Source of the DNA: the human T2T-CHM13v2.0 reference genome, Homo sapiens
Strand: one strand, 5' to 3'
Assembly: GCF_009914755.1 (NCBI RefSeq)
Contig: NC_060948.1
Length of the DNA stretch: 64,000 bases
Shown here: positions 11,385 to 24,728 of the stretch, piece after piece
Layout of the letters: the number at the start of each line of letters is the position of its first letter
Position numbering within the stretch: position 1 is the first letter of the stretch
Made by a program: the position numbers and the translations under genes
The notes under the pieces: model-generated
Databases searched by the model: none
What the model was told of the DNA's origin: nothing
The model's input: only the letters and a program-made list of their open reading frames with translations

Positions 11385-14300
11385 GAATTCATTGGAATGG
11401 AAGGGAATGTAGTGTAATGGACAGGCCTGGAATAAAGTGGAATGCTACGGTCTCGAATGGAATAAAAATGTATGGAATGGAATGCAATGAAACGGAATCG
11501 AATGTCATAGAATGTAATGGAATGCAAAAAAATGGAATCCAAAATCATTGACTGGAAAGGCTGGGTGTCGAAAGGAATTGACTCCAATGGAATGGAATCG
11601 AATGGAATGGAAGTGAATAGAATCGAACTAAATCGAATGGAATGGAATTGATAGGAACGGAATGGAAAGGAATGCAATGATTTGGCATGGAATGGAATCG
11701 AATGGCATCGAATGGAATGGAATGGAATGCAATGGAATGGAATGTATTAGAATGTAATGAACATTAATGGAATGTACTCGAATGGATTCGACTGGAATGG
11801 AATGTTCTGGAAGTGAATGGACTCCAATGGAATGGATTCGAAAGGAATGGAATCGAACGGAATGGAATCTAATGGAATGGAATTAAATGGAAATGAATCA
11901 AATTGAATAGCACGGAATTGAATTGAATGGAATGGAATGCAATGGAATCTAATGAAACGGAAAGGAAAGGAATGGAATGGAATGGAATGGGCTGGAATGG
12001 AAAGGAATCGAAACGAATGGAATGGAATCGAACTGAAGAGACTGGAATGGAATGCACTGGAATGGAAGGGAGTGTAATGGAAGGTTCTCGAAAATAATGG
12101 AAGCAAATGGAATGGAATTGAATGGAACGGAATAGAGTCGAATGGAATTGAATGGAATGGAATGGACTAGAGTGAAATGGAATCGAACCACAAGGAATGG
12201 ACAGGAATAGAATGGTCTCGAATTGAATGGAATCGTATGGAATGGCATCAAACGGAATGGAATGGACAGCCACGGAATGGAATGCACTCGAATGCAATGG
12301 AGTCGAAACTTATGGACTGGAATAGAATGGACTCGACTGGTACGGACTCCAATGGAATGGAATCGAATGGAAGGGATTCGAACGGAATGGACTCGAAGGG
12401 AAAAGACTGCAATGGAAAGGTCTGGAATGGAATGGAAATTAATGGAATGGAATGGAATCGAATGAAATGGAGTCAAAAGGAATGGAATCGAATGGCAAGA
12501 AATCGAATGTAATGGAATCGCAAGGAATTGATGTGAACGGAACGGAATGGAATGGAATCCAAAGGAATGGAATAGAATGGAATGGAATCGAATGGAAAGG
12601 ACTCGAATGGAAATCACTCGAATAGAATGAAATTTAATAAAATAGGATCAAATGTAATTGAATGGAATGGAAAGGAATCGAAACGAAAGGAATGGAGACA
12701 GATGGAATGGAATGGAACAGAGAGCAATGGTATAGAATGGAATGGAATCATCTGGAATGGAATTGAATGGAATGGAATAATATGAAATGGAATGGAATGG
12801 AATGGAATGGAATGCCCTTGAATTAAATGGACTGGAATGGAATGGACTCGAACAGAGTGGAATGGAAAGTGTTGAGATAGAATGGAATGGACTCCTTTGG
12901 AATGGTCTAGTATGCAATGCAATCGACTGGCAGGGAATCAAAAGGAATGTAATCGAATGGATTAGACTGGAATGCAATGGACTCGAATAGATTGGAAACG
13001 GAATGCAAAGGAATGGAATGGAATAGTATGGAATGGAATGGAAAGGAATGGAGTGGAATAGACTAGAGTGGAATGGAATGGACTGGAAAGCAATGGACTG
13101 GAATGGAACTTTCTTGAATGGACTGGAATCAAACGGAATGGAATGCAATGCAATCAAATGGCATGGAATAAAATAGAATGAAAGAGAATCAAATGGAATT
13201 GAATCGAATGGAATCGAATGGATTGGAAAGGAATAGAATGGAATGGAATGGAATGGACTCAAATGGAATGGACTAGAATGGAATGGATTCGAATGGAAGG
13301 CAAAGGAATGGAATCTATTGGAATGGACTGTAATGGAATGGAATGGAAGGGATTGGAATGGACTCGAATGGAATGGACTGCAATAGAAAGGATTCGAATG
13401 GAATGAAAAAGAATTGAATGGAATAGAACAGAATGGAATCAAATCGAATGAAATGGAATGGAATAGAAAGGAATGGAATGAAATGGAATGGAAAGGATTC
13501 GAATGGAATGCAATCGAATGGAATGGAATCGAACGGAATGGAATAAAATGGAAGAAAACTGGCAAGAAATGGAATCGAAATGAATGGAGTGTTATGGAAC
13601 GGACTCAAAAGGAATTGAATGTAATAGAATGGAGTGGAGTGGACTCGAATATAATGGACTGGAATGGAATGAAATCACATGGAATGGGAACGAATGGAAT
13701 GGAATGGAAAGGAATGGAATCGAATGGAAAGGAATCGAATGGAAGGGAATGAAATTGAATCAACAGGAATGGAAGGGAATAGAATAGACGGTAATGGAAT
13801 GGACTCGAATAGAATGGACACGAATGCTCAAATTGAATGGACTCGAATGGAATGGAAACGAAAGGAATGTCATCGAATGGAATTGAATCGATTGGAATGA
13901 AATCGCATAGAATGGAGTGGAATCAAATGGAATTGAATCGAAAGGAAAGGAAGCGAATGGACTGAAATGAAATGGAATGGAATTGAATGGAAAGTAATGC
14001 AATGGAATAGAATGGAACGAAATTTCACGGAATGGAATCAAACTGAATGGAATCAAATCAATGGAATCAAATCAAATGGAATGGAAAGGAATTGAATGGA
14101 GTAGATTGGATTGGATGGGATTGGAATGAAATGTACTGGAAAGGACTCGAATTTCATGAAACGGAATGGAATGAATTGGAACGGAATGGACTCGAATGGA
14201 ATGGAATGTCATGGAATGGCATCAAATGGAATGGCATCAAATGGAATGGAATCGAATGCAATGGAATGCTATGGAATGGAATGGAATGCATTGGAATGGA

Positions 14301-14943
14301 ATGTCCTCTAATGGAATGGATTCGAGTGGAATGGAATTGAATATAATGGAGTCGAATGAAATGGAATTGAAAGGAATGGGATCGAATACAATGGAATATA
14401 CTGGAATGTAATGTAATGAACTCGAATGTAATTGACTGGAATGGAATGTACATGAATGGAATGTAATCGAATGGAAAGTAATCCAATGGAATAGAATCTA
14501 ATGCAATAAAATCGACTCTGATAGAGTAGAATGTAATGGAATGGAGTGCAGTGCAATGGAATGGAATGGAATGGAATGCAATGGAATGGAATGGAATGGA
14601 ACGGAATGGAATGGAATGGGATGGAATGGTATGGAATGGATAGTAATGGACTGGAATGAAATGGACTGGAGAAGAATGGACTCAAATTGAAAGGGCTCGA
14701 AAGGAATGGAGTCAAATGGAATAGTCTGGAATGGAATGAACACGAATGTAATGCAATCCAATAGAATGGAATCGAATGGCATGGAATATAAAGAAATGGA
14801 ATCGAAGAGAATGGAAACAAATGGAATGGAATTGAATGGAATGGAATTGAATGGAATGTGAACGAATGGAGTGAAATTGTATGCAGTAGAAGAGAATAGA
14901 ATGGAATGCAAGCGAAAGGAAAGGAATGGATTGCAATGGAATG
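11385..14943 (+). repeat. DYZ1 unit U4 (3,559 bp)
   Basis: EcoRI-to-EcoRI. Belongs to the AAGCAAATGG/AAACTTATGG/GGGATTCG subtype. Confidence 0.9.
13106..13118. promoter_or_regulatory. Polymorphic heat-shock-element motif GAActTTCttGAA (perfect in 8 units, GAActTTCttGGA in 10)
   Basis: Perfect at 13106, 20220, 26460, 30024, 44279, 54960, 58509, 62068. The other units read ...TTCttGGA (e.g. 2434-2446). Confidence 0.4.
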
Positions 14944-17900
14944 GAATTCATTGGAATGGAAGGGAATGTAGTGTAATGGACAGGCCTGGAATAAAGTGGA
15001 ATGTTACGGTCTCGAATGGAATAAAAATGTATGGAATGGAATGCAATGAAACGGAATCGAATGTCATAGAATGTAATGGAATGCAAAAAAATGGAATCCA
15101 AAATCATTGACTGGAAAGGCTGGGTGTCGAAAGGAATTGACTCCAATGGAATGGAATCGAATGGAATGGAAGTGAATAGAATCAAACTAAATCGAATGGA
15201 ATGGAATTGATAGGAACGGAATGGAAAGGAATGCAATGATTTGGCATGGAATGCAATCGAATGGCATCGAATGGAATGGAATGGAATGCAATGGAATGGA
15301 ATGTATTAGAATGTAATGAACATTAATGGAATGTACTCGAATGGATTCGACTGGAATGGAATGTTCTGGAAGTGAATGGACTCCAATGGAATGGATTCGA
15401 AAGGAATGGAATCGAACGGAATGGAATCTAATGGAATGGAATTAAATGGAAATGAATCAAATTGAATAGCACGGAATTGAATTGAATGGAATCGAATGCA
15501 ATGGAATCTAATGAAACGGAAAGGAAAGGAATGGAATGGAATGGAATGGGCTGGAATGGAAAGGAATCGAAACGAATGGAATGGAATCGAACTGAAGAGA
15601 CTGGAATGGAATGCACTGGAATGGAAGGGAGTGTAATGGAAGGTTCTCGAAAGTAATGGAAGCAAATGGAATGGAATTGAATGGAACGGAATAGAGTCGA
15701 ATGGAATTGAATGGAATGGAATGGACTAGAGTGAAATGGAATCGAACCACAAGGAATGGACAGGAATAGAATGGTCTCGAATTGAATGGAATCGTATGGA
15801 ATGGCATCAAACGGAATGGAATGGACAGCCACGGAATGGAATGCACTCGAATGCAATGGAGTCGAAACTTATGGACTGGAATAGAATGGACTCGACTGGT
15901 ACGGACTCCAATGGAATGGAATCGAATGGAAGGGATTCGAACGGAATGGACTCGAAGGGAAAAGACTGCAATGGAAAGGTCTCTAATGGAATGGAAATTA
16001 ATGGAATGGAATGGAATCGAATGAAATGGAGTCAAAAGGAATGGAATCGAATGGCAAGAAATCGAATGTAATGGAATCGCAAGGAATTGATGTGAACGGA
16101 ACGGAATGGAATGGAATCCAAAGGAATGGAATAGAATGGAATGGAATCGAATGGAAAGGACTCGAATGGAAATCACTCGAATGGAATGAAATTTAATAAA
16201 ATAGGATCAAATGTAATTGAATGGAATGGAAAGGAATCGAAACGAAAGGAATGGAGATAGATGGAATGGAATGGAACAGAGAGCAATGGTATAGAATGGA
16301 ATGGAATCATCTGGAATGGAATTGAATGGAATGGAATAATATGAAATGGAATGGAATGGAATGGAATGGAATGCCCTTGAATTAAATGGACTGGAATGGA
16401 ATGGACTCGAACAGAGTGGAATGGAAAGTGTTGAGATAGAATGGAATGGACTCCTTTGGAATGGTGTAGTATGCAATGCAATCGACTGGCAGGGAATCAA
16501 AAGGAATGTAATGGAATGGACTGGACTGGAATGCAATGGACTCGAATAGATTGGAAACGGAATGCAAAGGAATGGAATGGAATAGTATGGAATGGAATGG
16601 AAAGGAATGGAGTGGAATAGACTAGAGTGGAATGGAATGGACTGGAAAGCAATGGACTGGAATGGAACTTTCTTGGATGGACTGGAATCAAACGGAATGG
16701 AATGCAATGCAATCAAATGGCATGGAATAAAATAGAATGAAAGAGAATCAAATGGAATTGAATCGAATGGAATCGAATGGATTGGAAAGGAATAGAATGG
16801 AATGGAATGGAATTGACTCAAATGGAATGGACTAGAATGGAATGGATTCGAATGGAAGGCAAAGGAATGGAATCTATTGGAATGGACTGTAATGGAATGG
16901 AATGGAAGGGATTGGAATGGACTGCAATAGAAAGGATTCGAATGGAATGAAAAAGAATTGAATGGAATAGAACAGAATGGAATCAAATCGAATGAAATGG
17001 AATGGAATAGAAAGGAATGGAATGAAATGGAATGGAAAGGATTCGAATGGAATGCAATCGAATGGAATGGAATCGAACGGAATGGAATAAAATGGAAGAA
17101 AACTGGCAAGAAATGGAATCGAAATGAATGGAGTGTTATGGAACGGACTCAAAAGGAATTGAATGTAATAGAATGGAGTGGAGTGGACTCGAATATAATG
17201 GACTGGAATGGAATGAAATCACATGGAATGGGAACGAATGGAATGGAATGGAAAGGAATGGAATCGAATGGAAAGGAATCGAATGGAAGGGAATGAAATT
17301 GAATCAACAGGAATGGAAGGGAATAGAATAGACGGTAATGGAATGGACTCGAATAGAATGGACACGAATGCTCAAATTGAATGGACTCGAATGGAATGGA
17401 AACGAAAGGAATGTCATCGAATGGAATTGAATCGATTGGAATGAAATCGCATAGAATGGAGTGGAATCAAATGGAATTGAATCGAAAGGAAAGGAAGCGA
17501 ATGGACTGAAATGAAATGGAATGGAATTGAATGGAAAGTAATGCAATGGAATAGAATGGAACGAAATTTCACGGAATGGAATCAAACTGAATGGAATCAA
17601 ATCAATGGAATCAAATCAAATGGAATGGAAAGGAATTGAATGGAGTAGATTGGATTGGATGGGATTGGAATGAAATGTACTGGAAAGGACTCGAATTTCA
17701 TGAAACGGAATGGAATGAATTGGAACGGAATGGACTCGAATGGAATGGAATGTCATGGAATGGCATCAAATGGAATGGCATCAAATGGAATGGAATCGAA
17801 TGCAATGGAATGCTATGGAATGGAATGGAATGCATTGGAATGGAATGTCCTCTAATGGAATGGATTCGAGCGGAATGGAATCGAATATAATGGAGTCGAA

Positions 17901-18487
17901 TGAAATGGAATTGAAAGGAATGGGATCGAATACAATGGAATATACTGGAATGTAATGTAATGAACTCGAATGTAATTGACTGGAATGGAATGTACATGAA
18001 TGGAATGTAATCGAATGGAAAGTAATCCAATGGAATAGAATCTAATGCAATAAAATCGACTCAGATAGAGTAGAATGTAATGGAATGGAGTGCAGTGCAA
18101 TGGAATGGAATGGAATGGAATGCAATGGAATGGAATGGAATGGAATGGAATGGAATTGAATGGGATGGAATGGTATGGAATGGACAGTAATGGACTGGAG
18201 TGAAATGGACTGCAAAGGAATGGACTCAAATTGAAAGGGCTCGAAAGGAATGGAGACAAATGGAATGGTCTGGAATGGAATGAACACGAATGTAATGCAA
18301 TCCAATAGAATGGAGTCGAATGGCATGGAATATAAAGAAATGGAATCGAAGAGAATGGAAACAAATGGAATGGAATTGAATGGAATGGAATTGAATGGAA
18401 TGGGAACGAATGGAGTGAAATTGTATGCAGTAGAAGAGAATAGAATGGAATGCAAGCGAAAGGAAAGGAATGGATTGGAATGGAATG
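14944..18487 (+). repeat. DYZ1 unit U5 (3,544 bp)
   Basis: EcoRI-to-EcoRI. AAGCAAATGG subtype, with a private 15-bp deletion near 16915. Confidence 0.9.
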
Positions 18488-21400
18488 GAATTCATTGGAA
18501 TGGAAGGGAATGTAGTGTAATGGACAGGCCTGGAATAAAGTGGAATGCTACGGTCTCGAATGGAATAAAAATGTATGGAATGGAATGCAATGAAACGGAA
18601 TCGAATGTCATAGAATGTAATGGAATGCAACAAAATGGAATCCAAAATCATTGACTGGAAAGGCTGGGTGTCGAAAGGAATTGACTCCAATGGAATGGAA
18701 TCGAATGGAATGGAAGTGAATAGAATCGAACTAAATCGAATGGAATGGAATTGATAGGAACGGAATGGAAAGGAATGCAATGATTTGGCATGGAATGGAA
18801 TCGAATGGCATCGAATGGAATGGAATGGAATGCAATGGAATGGAATGTATTAGAATGTAATGAACATTAATGGAATGTACTCGAATGGATTCGACTGGAA
18901 TGGAATGTTCTGGAAGTGAATGGACTCCAATGGAATGGATTCAAAAGGAATGGAATCGTACGGAATGGAATCTAATGGAATGGAATTAAATGGAAATGAA
19001 TCAAATTGAATAGCACGGAATTGAATTGAATGGAATGGAATGCAATGGAATCTAATGAAACGGAAAGGAAAGGAATGGAATGGAATGGAATGGGCTGGAA
19101 TGGAAAGGAATCGAAACGAATGGAATGGAATCGAACTGAAGAGACTGGAATGGAATGCACTGGAATGGAAGGGAGTGTAATGGAAGGTTCTCGAAAAAAA
19201 TGGAATCGAATGGAATGCAATTGAATGGAACGGAGTAGAGCCGAATGCAATTGAATGGAATGGAATGGACTAGAGTGAAATGGAATCGAACCACAAGGAA
19301 TGGACAGGAATAGAATGGTCTCGAATTGAATGGAATCGTATGGAATGGCATCAAACGGAATGGAATGGACAGCCACGGAATGGAATGCACTCGAATGCAA
19401 TGGAGTCGAATCTAATGGACTGGAATAGAATGGACTCGACTGGTACGGACTCCAATGGAATGGAATCGAATGGAAGGGAATCGAACGGAAGGGAATCGAA
19501 TGGAATGGACTCGAAGGGAAAAGACTGTAATGGAAAGGTCTCGAATGGAATGGAAATTAATGGAATGGAATGGAATCGAATGAAATGGAGGCAAAAGGAA
19601 TGGAATCGAATGGCAAGAAATCGAATGTAATGGAATCGCAAGGAATTGATGTGAACGGAACGGAATGGAATGGAATCCAAAGGAATGGAATAGAATGGAA
19701 TGGAATCGAATGGAAAGGACTCGAATGGAAATCACTCGAATAGAATGCAATTTAATAAAGTAGGATCAAATGTAATGGAATGGAATGGAAAGGAATCGAA
19801 ACGAAAGGAATGGAGACAGATGGAATGGAATGGAACAGAGAGCAATGGTATAGAACGGAATGGAATCATCTGGAATGGAATTGAATGGAATGGAATAATA
19901 TGAAATGGAAAGGAATGAAATGGAATGCCCTTGAATTAAATGGACTACAATGGGAATGGACTCGAACAGAGTGGAATGGAAAGTGTTGAAATAGAATGGA
20001 ATGGACTCGTTTGGAATGGTCTAGTATGCAATGCAATCGACTGGCAGGGAATCAAAAGGAATGTAATCGAGTGGATTGGACTGGAATGCAATGGACTCGA
20101 ATAGATTGGAAACGGAATGCAAAGGAATGGAATGGAATAGTATGGAATGGAATGGAAAGGAATGGAGTGGAATAGACTAGAGTGGAATGGAATGGACTCG
20201 AAAGCAATGGACTGGAATGGAACTTTCTTGAATGGACTGGAACCAAACGGAATGGAATGCAATGCAATCAAATGGCATGGAATAAGATAGAATGAAAGAG
20301 AATCAAATGGAATTGAATCGAATGGAATCGAATGGATTGGAAAGGAATAGAATGGAATGGAATGGAATTGACTCAAATGGAATGGACTAGAATGGAATGG
20401 ATTCGAATGGAAGGCAAAGGAATGGAATCTATCGGAATGCACTGTAATGGAATGGAATGGAAGGGATTGGAATGGATTCGAATGGAATGGACTGCAATAG
20501 AAAGGATTCGAATGGAATGAAAAAGAATTGAATGGAATAGAACAGAATGGAATCAAATCGAATGAAATGGAATGGAATAGAAAGGAATGGAATGAAATGG
20601 AATGGAAAGGATTCGAATGGAATGCAATCGAATGGAATGGAATCGAACGGAATGGAATAAAATGGAAGAAAACTGGCAAGAAATGGAATCGAAATGAATG
20701 GAGTGTTTTGGAACGGACTCAAAAGGAATTGAATGTAATAGAATGGAGTGGAGTGGACTCGAATATAATGGACTGGAATGGAATGAAATCACATGGAATG
20801 GGAACGAATGGAATGGAATGGAAAGGAATGGAATCGAATGGAAAGCAATCGAATGGAAGGGAATGAAATTGAATCAACAGGAATGGAAGGGAATAGAATA
20901 GACGGTAATGGAATGGACTCGAATAGAATGGACACGAATGCTCAAATTGAATGGACTCGAATGGAATGGAAACGAAAGGAATGTCATCGAATGGAATTGA
21001 ATCGATTGGAATGAAATCGCATAGAATGGAGTGGAATCAAATGGAATTGAATCGAAAGGAAAGGAAGCGAATGGACTGAAATGAAATGGAATGGAATTGA
21101 ATGGAAAGTAATGCAATGGAATACAATGGAACGAAATTTCACGGAATGGAATCAAACTGAATGGAATCAAATCAATGGAATCTAATCAAATGGAATGGAA
21201 AGGAATTGAATGGAGTAGATTGGATTGGATGGGATTGGAATGAAATGTACTGGAAAGGACTCGAATTTCATGAAACGGAATGGAATGAATTGGAACGGAA
21301 TGGACTCGAATGGAATGGAATGTCATGGAATGGTATCAAATGGAATGCCATCAAATGGAATGGAATCGAATGCAATGGAATGTTATGGAATGGAATGGAA

Positions 21401-22062
21401 TGCATTGGAATGGAATGTCCTCTAATGGAATGGATTCGAGTGGAATGGAATCGAATATAATGGAGTCGAATGAAATGGAATTGAAAGGAATGGGATCGAA
21501 TAGAATGGAATATACTGGAATGTAATGTAATGAACTCGAATGTAATTGACTGGAATGGAATGTACATGAATGGAATGTAATCGAATGGAAAGTAATCCAA
21601 TGGAATAGAATCTAATGCAATAAAACCGACTCAGATAGAGTAGAATGTAATGGAATGGAGTGCAGTGCAATGAAATGGAATGGAATTGAATGCAATGGAA
21701 TGGAATGGAATGGAATGGAATGGAATGGAATGGAATTGGATGGAATGGTATGGAATGGATAGTAATGGACTGGAGTGAAATGGACTGGAAAGGAATGGAC
21801 TCAAATTGAAAGGTCTCGAAAGGAATGGAGTCAAATGGAATGGTCTGGAATGGAATGAACACGAATATAATGCAATCCAATAGAATGGAATCGAATGGCA
21901 TGGAATATAAAGAAATGGAATCGAAGAGAATGGAAACAAATGGAATGGAATTGAATGGAATGGAATTGAATGGAATGGGAACGAATGGAGTGAAATTGTA
22001 TGCAGTAGAAGGGAATAGAATGGAATGCAAGCGAAAGGAAAGGAATGGATTGGAATGGAATG
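18488..22062 (+). repeat. DYZ1 unit U6 (3,575 bp)
   Basis: EcoRI-to-EcoRI. Divergent subtype shared with U8, with a private 1-bp insertion near 19952. Confidence 0.9.
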
Positions 22063-24728
22063 GAATTCATTGGAATGGAAGGGAATGTAGTGTAATGGAC
22101 AGGCCTGGAATAAAGTGGAATGCTACGGTCTCGAATGGAATAAAAATGTATGGAATGGAATGCAATGAAACGGAATCGAATGTCATAGAATGTAATGGAA
22201 TGCAAAAAAATGGAATCCAAAATCATTGACTGGAAAGGCTGGGTGTCGAAAGGAATTGACTCCAATGGAATGGAATCGAATGGAATGGAAGTGAATAGAA
22301 TCGAACTAAATCGAATGGAATGGAATTGATAGGAACGGAATGGAAAGGAATGCAATGATTTGGCATGGAATGGAATCGAATGGCATCGAATGGAATGGAA
22401 TGGAATGCAATGGAATGGAATGTATTAGAATGGAATGAACTTTAATGGAATGTACTCGAATGGATTCGACTGGAATGGAATGTTCTGGAAGTGAATGGAC
22501 TCCAATGGAATGGATTCAAAAGGAATGGAATCGTACGGAATGGAATCTAATGGAATGGAATTAAATGGAAATGAATCAAATTGAATAGCACGGAATTGAA
22601 TTGAATGGAATGGAATGCAATGGAATCTAATGAAACGGAAAGGAAAGGAATGGAATGGAATGGAATGGGCTGGAATGGAAAGGAATCGAAACGAATGGAA
22701 TGGAATCGAACTGAAGAGACTGGAATGGAATGCACTGGAATGGAAGGGAGTGTAATGGAAGGTTCTCGAAAAAAATGGAATCGAATGGAATGGAATTGAA
22801 TGGAACGGAATAGAGTCGAATGGAATTGAATGGAATGGAATGGACTAGAGTGAAATGGAATCGAACCACAAGGAATGGACAGGAATAGAATGGTCTCGAA
22901 TTGAATGGAATCGTATGGAATGGCATCAAACGGAATGGAATGGACAGCCACGGAATGGAATGCACTCGAATGCAATGGAGTCGAAACTAACGGACTGGAA
23001 TAGAATGAACTCGATTGGTACGGACTCCAATGGAATGGAATCGAATGGAAGGGAATCGAACGGAAGGGAATCGAACGGAATGGACTCGAAGGGAAAAGAC
23101 TGCAATGGAAAGGTCTCGAATGGAATGGAAATTAATGGAATGGAATGGAATCGAATGAAATGGAGTCAAAAGGAATGGAATCGAATGGCAAGAAATCGAA
23201 TGTAATGGAATCGCAAGGAATTGATGTGAACGGAACGGAATGGAATGGAATCCAAAGGAATGGAATAGAATGGAATGGAATCGAATGGAAAGGACTCGAA
23301 TGGAAATCACTCGAATAGAATGCAATTTAATAAAATAGGATCAAATTTAATAGAATGGAATGGAAAGGAATCGAAACGGAAGGAATGGAGACAGATGGAA
23401 TGGAATGGAACAGAGAGCAATGGTATAGAATGGAATGGAATCATCTGGAATGGAATTGAATGGAATGGAATAATATGAAATGGAATGGAATGGAATGGAA
23501 TGGAATGCCCTTGAATTAAATGGACTGGACTCGAACAGAGTGGAATGGAAAGTGTTGAGATAGAATGGAATGGACTCCTTTGGAATGGTCTAGTATGCAA
23601 TGCAATCGACTGGCAGGGAATCAAAAGGAATGTAATCGAATGGATTGGACTGGAATGCAATGGACTCGAATAGATTGGAAACGGAATGCAAAGGAATGGA
23701 ATGGAATAGTATGGAATGCAATGGAAGGGAATGGAGTGGAATAGACTAGAGTGGAATGGAATGGACTGGAAAGCAATGGACTGGAATGGAACTTTCTTGG
23801 ATGGATTGGAATCAAACGGAATGGAATGCAATGCAATCAAATGGCATGGAATAAAATAGAATGAAAGAGAATCAAATGGAATTGAATCGAATGGAATCGA
23901 ATGGATTGGAAAGGAATAGAATGGAATGGAATGGAATTGACTCAAATGGAATGGACTAGAATGGAATGGATTCGAATGGAATGGAATGTCATGGAATGGC
24001 ATCAAATGGAATGGCATCAAATGGAATGGAATCGAATGCAATGGAATGCTATGGAATGGAATGGAATGCATTGGAATGGAATGTCCTCTAATGGAATGGA
24101 TTCGAGTGGAATGGAATTGAATATAATGGAGTCGAATGAAATGGAATTGAAAGGAATGGGATCGAATACAATGGAATATACTGGAATGTAACGTAATGAA
24201 CTCGAATGTAATTGACTGGAATGGAATGTACATGAATGGAATGTAATCGAATGGAAAGTAATCCAATGGAATAGAATCTAATGCAATAAAATCGACTCAG
24301 ATAGAGTAGAATGTAATGGAATGGAGTGCAGTGCAATGGAATGGAATGGAATGGAATGCAATGGAATGGAATGGAATGGAATGGAATGGAATGGAATGGA
24401 ATGGGATGGAATGGTATGGAATGGATAGTAATGGACTGGAGTGAAATGGACTGGAATGGAATGGACTCAAATTGAAAGGGCTCGAAAGGAATGGAGTCAA
24501 ATGGAATGGTCTGGAATGGAATGAACACGAATGTAATGCAATCCAATAGAATGGAATCGAATGGCATGGAATATAAAGAAATGGAATCGAAGAGAATGGA
24601 AACAAATGGAATGGAATTGAATGGAATGGAATTGAATGGAATGTGAACGAATGGAGTGAAATTGTATGCAGTAGAAGAGAATAGAATGGAATGCAAGCGA
24701 AAGGAAAGGAATGGATTGGAATGGAATG
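22063..24728 (+). repeat. Truncated DYZ1 unit U7 (2,666 bp; 903-bp internal deletion)
   Basis: At 23972-23981 GGATTCGAATGGAA runs directly into TGGAATGTCATGG. The AGGCAAAGG...TTTCATGAAACGG block present in all other units is missing. Confidence 0.9.

Noticed and set aside
21178-21188. GAATCTAATCA in U6/U8 resembling a DUX4 site (TAATCTAATCA)
   Set aside because: Mismatch at the first base, and near-matches are expected by chance in this satellite.
23307-24266. Longest ORF (319 aa, minus strand), a fusion across the deletion junction
   Set aside because: Chance in-frame join of two low-complexity satellite frames, with no sign of coding function.
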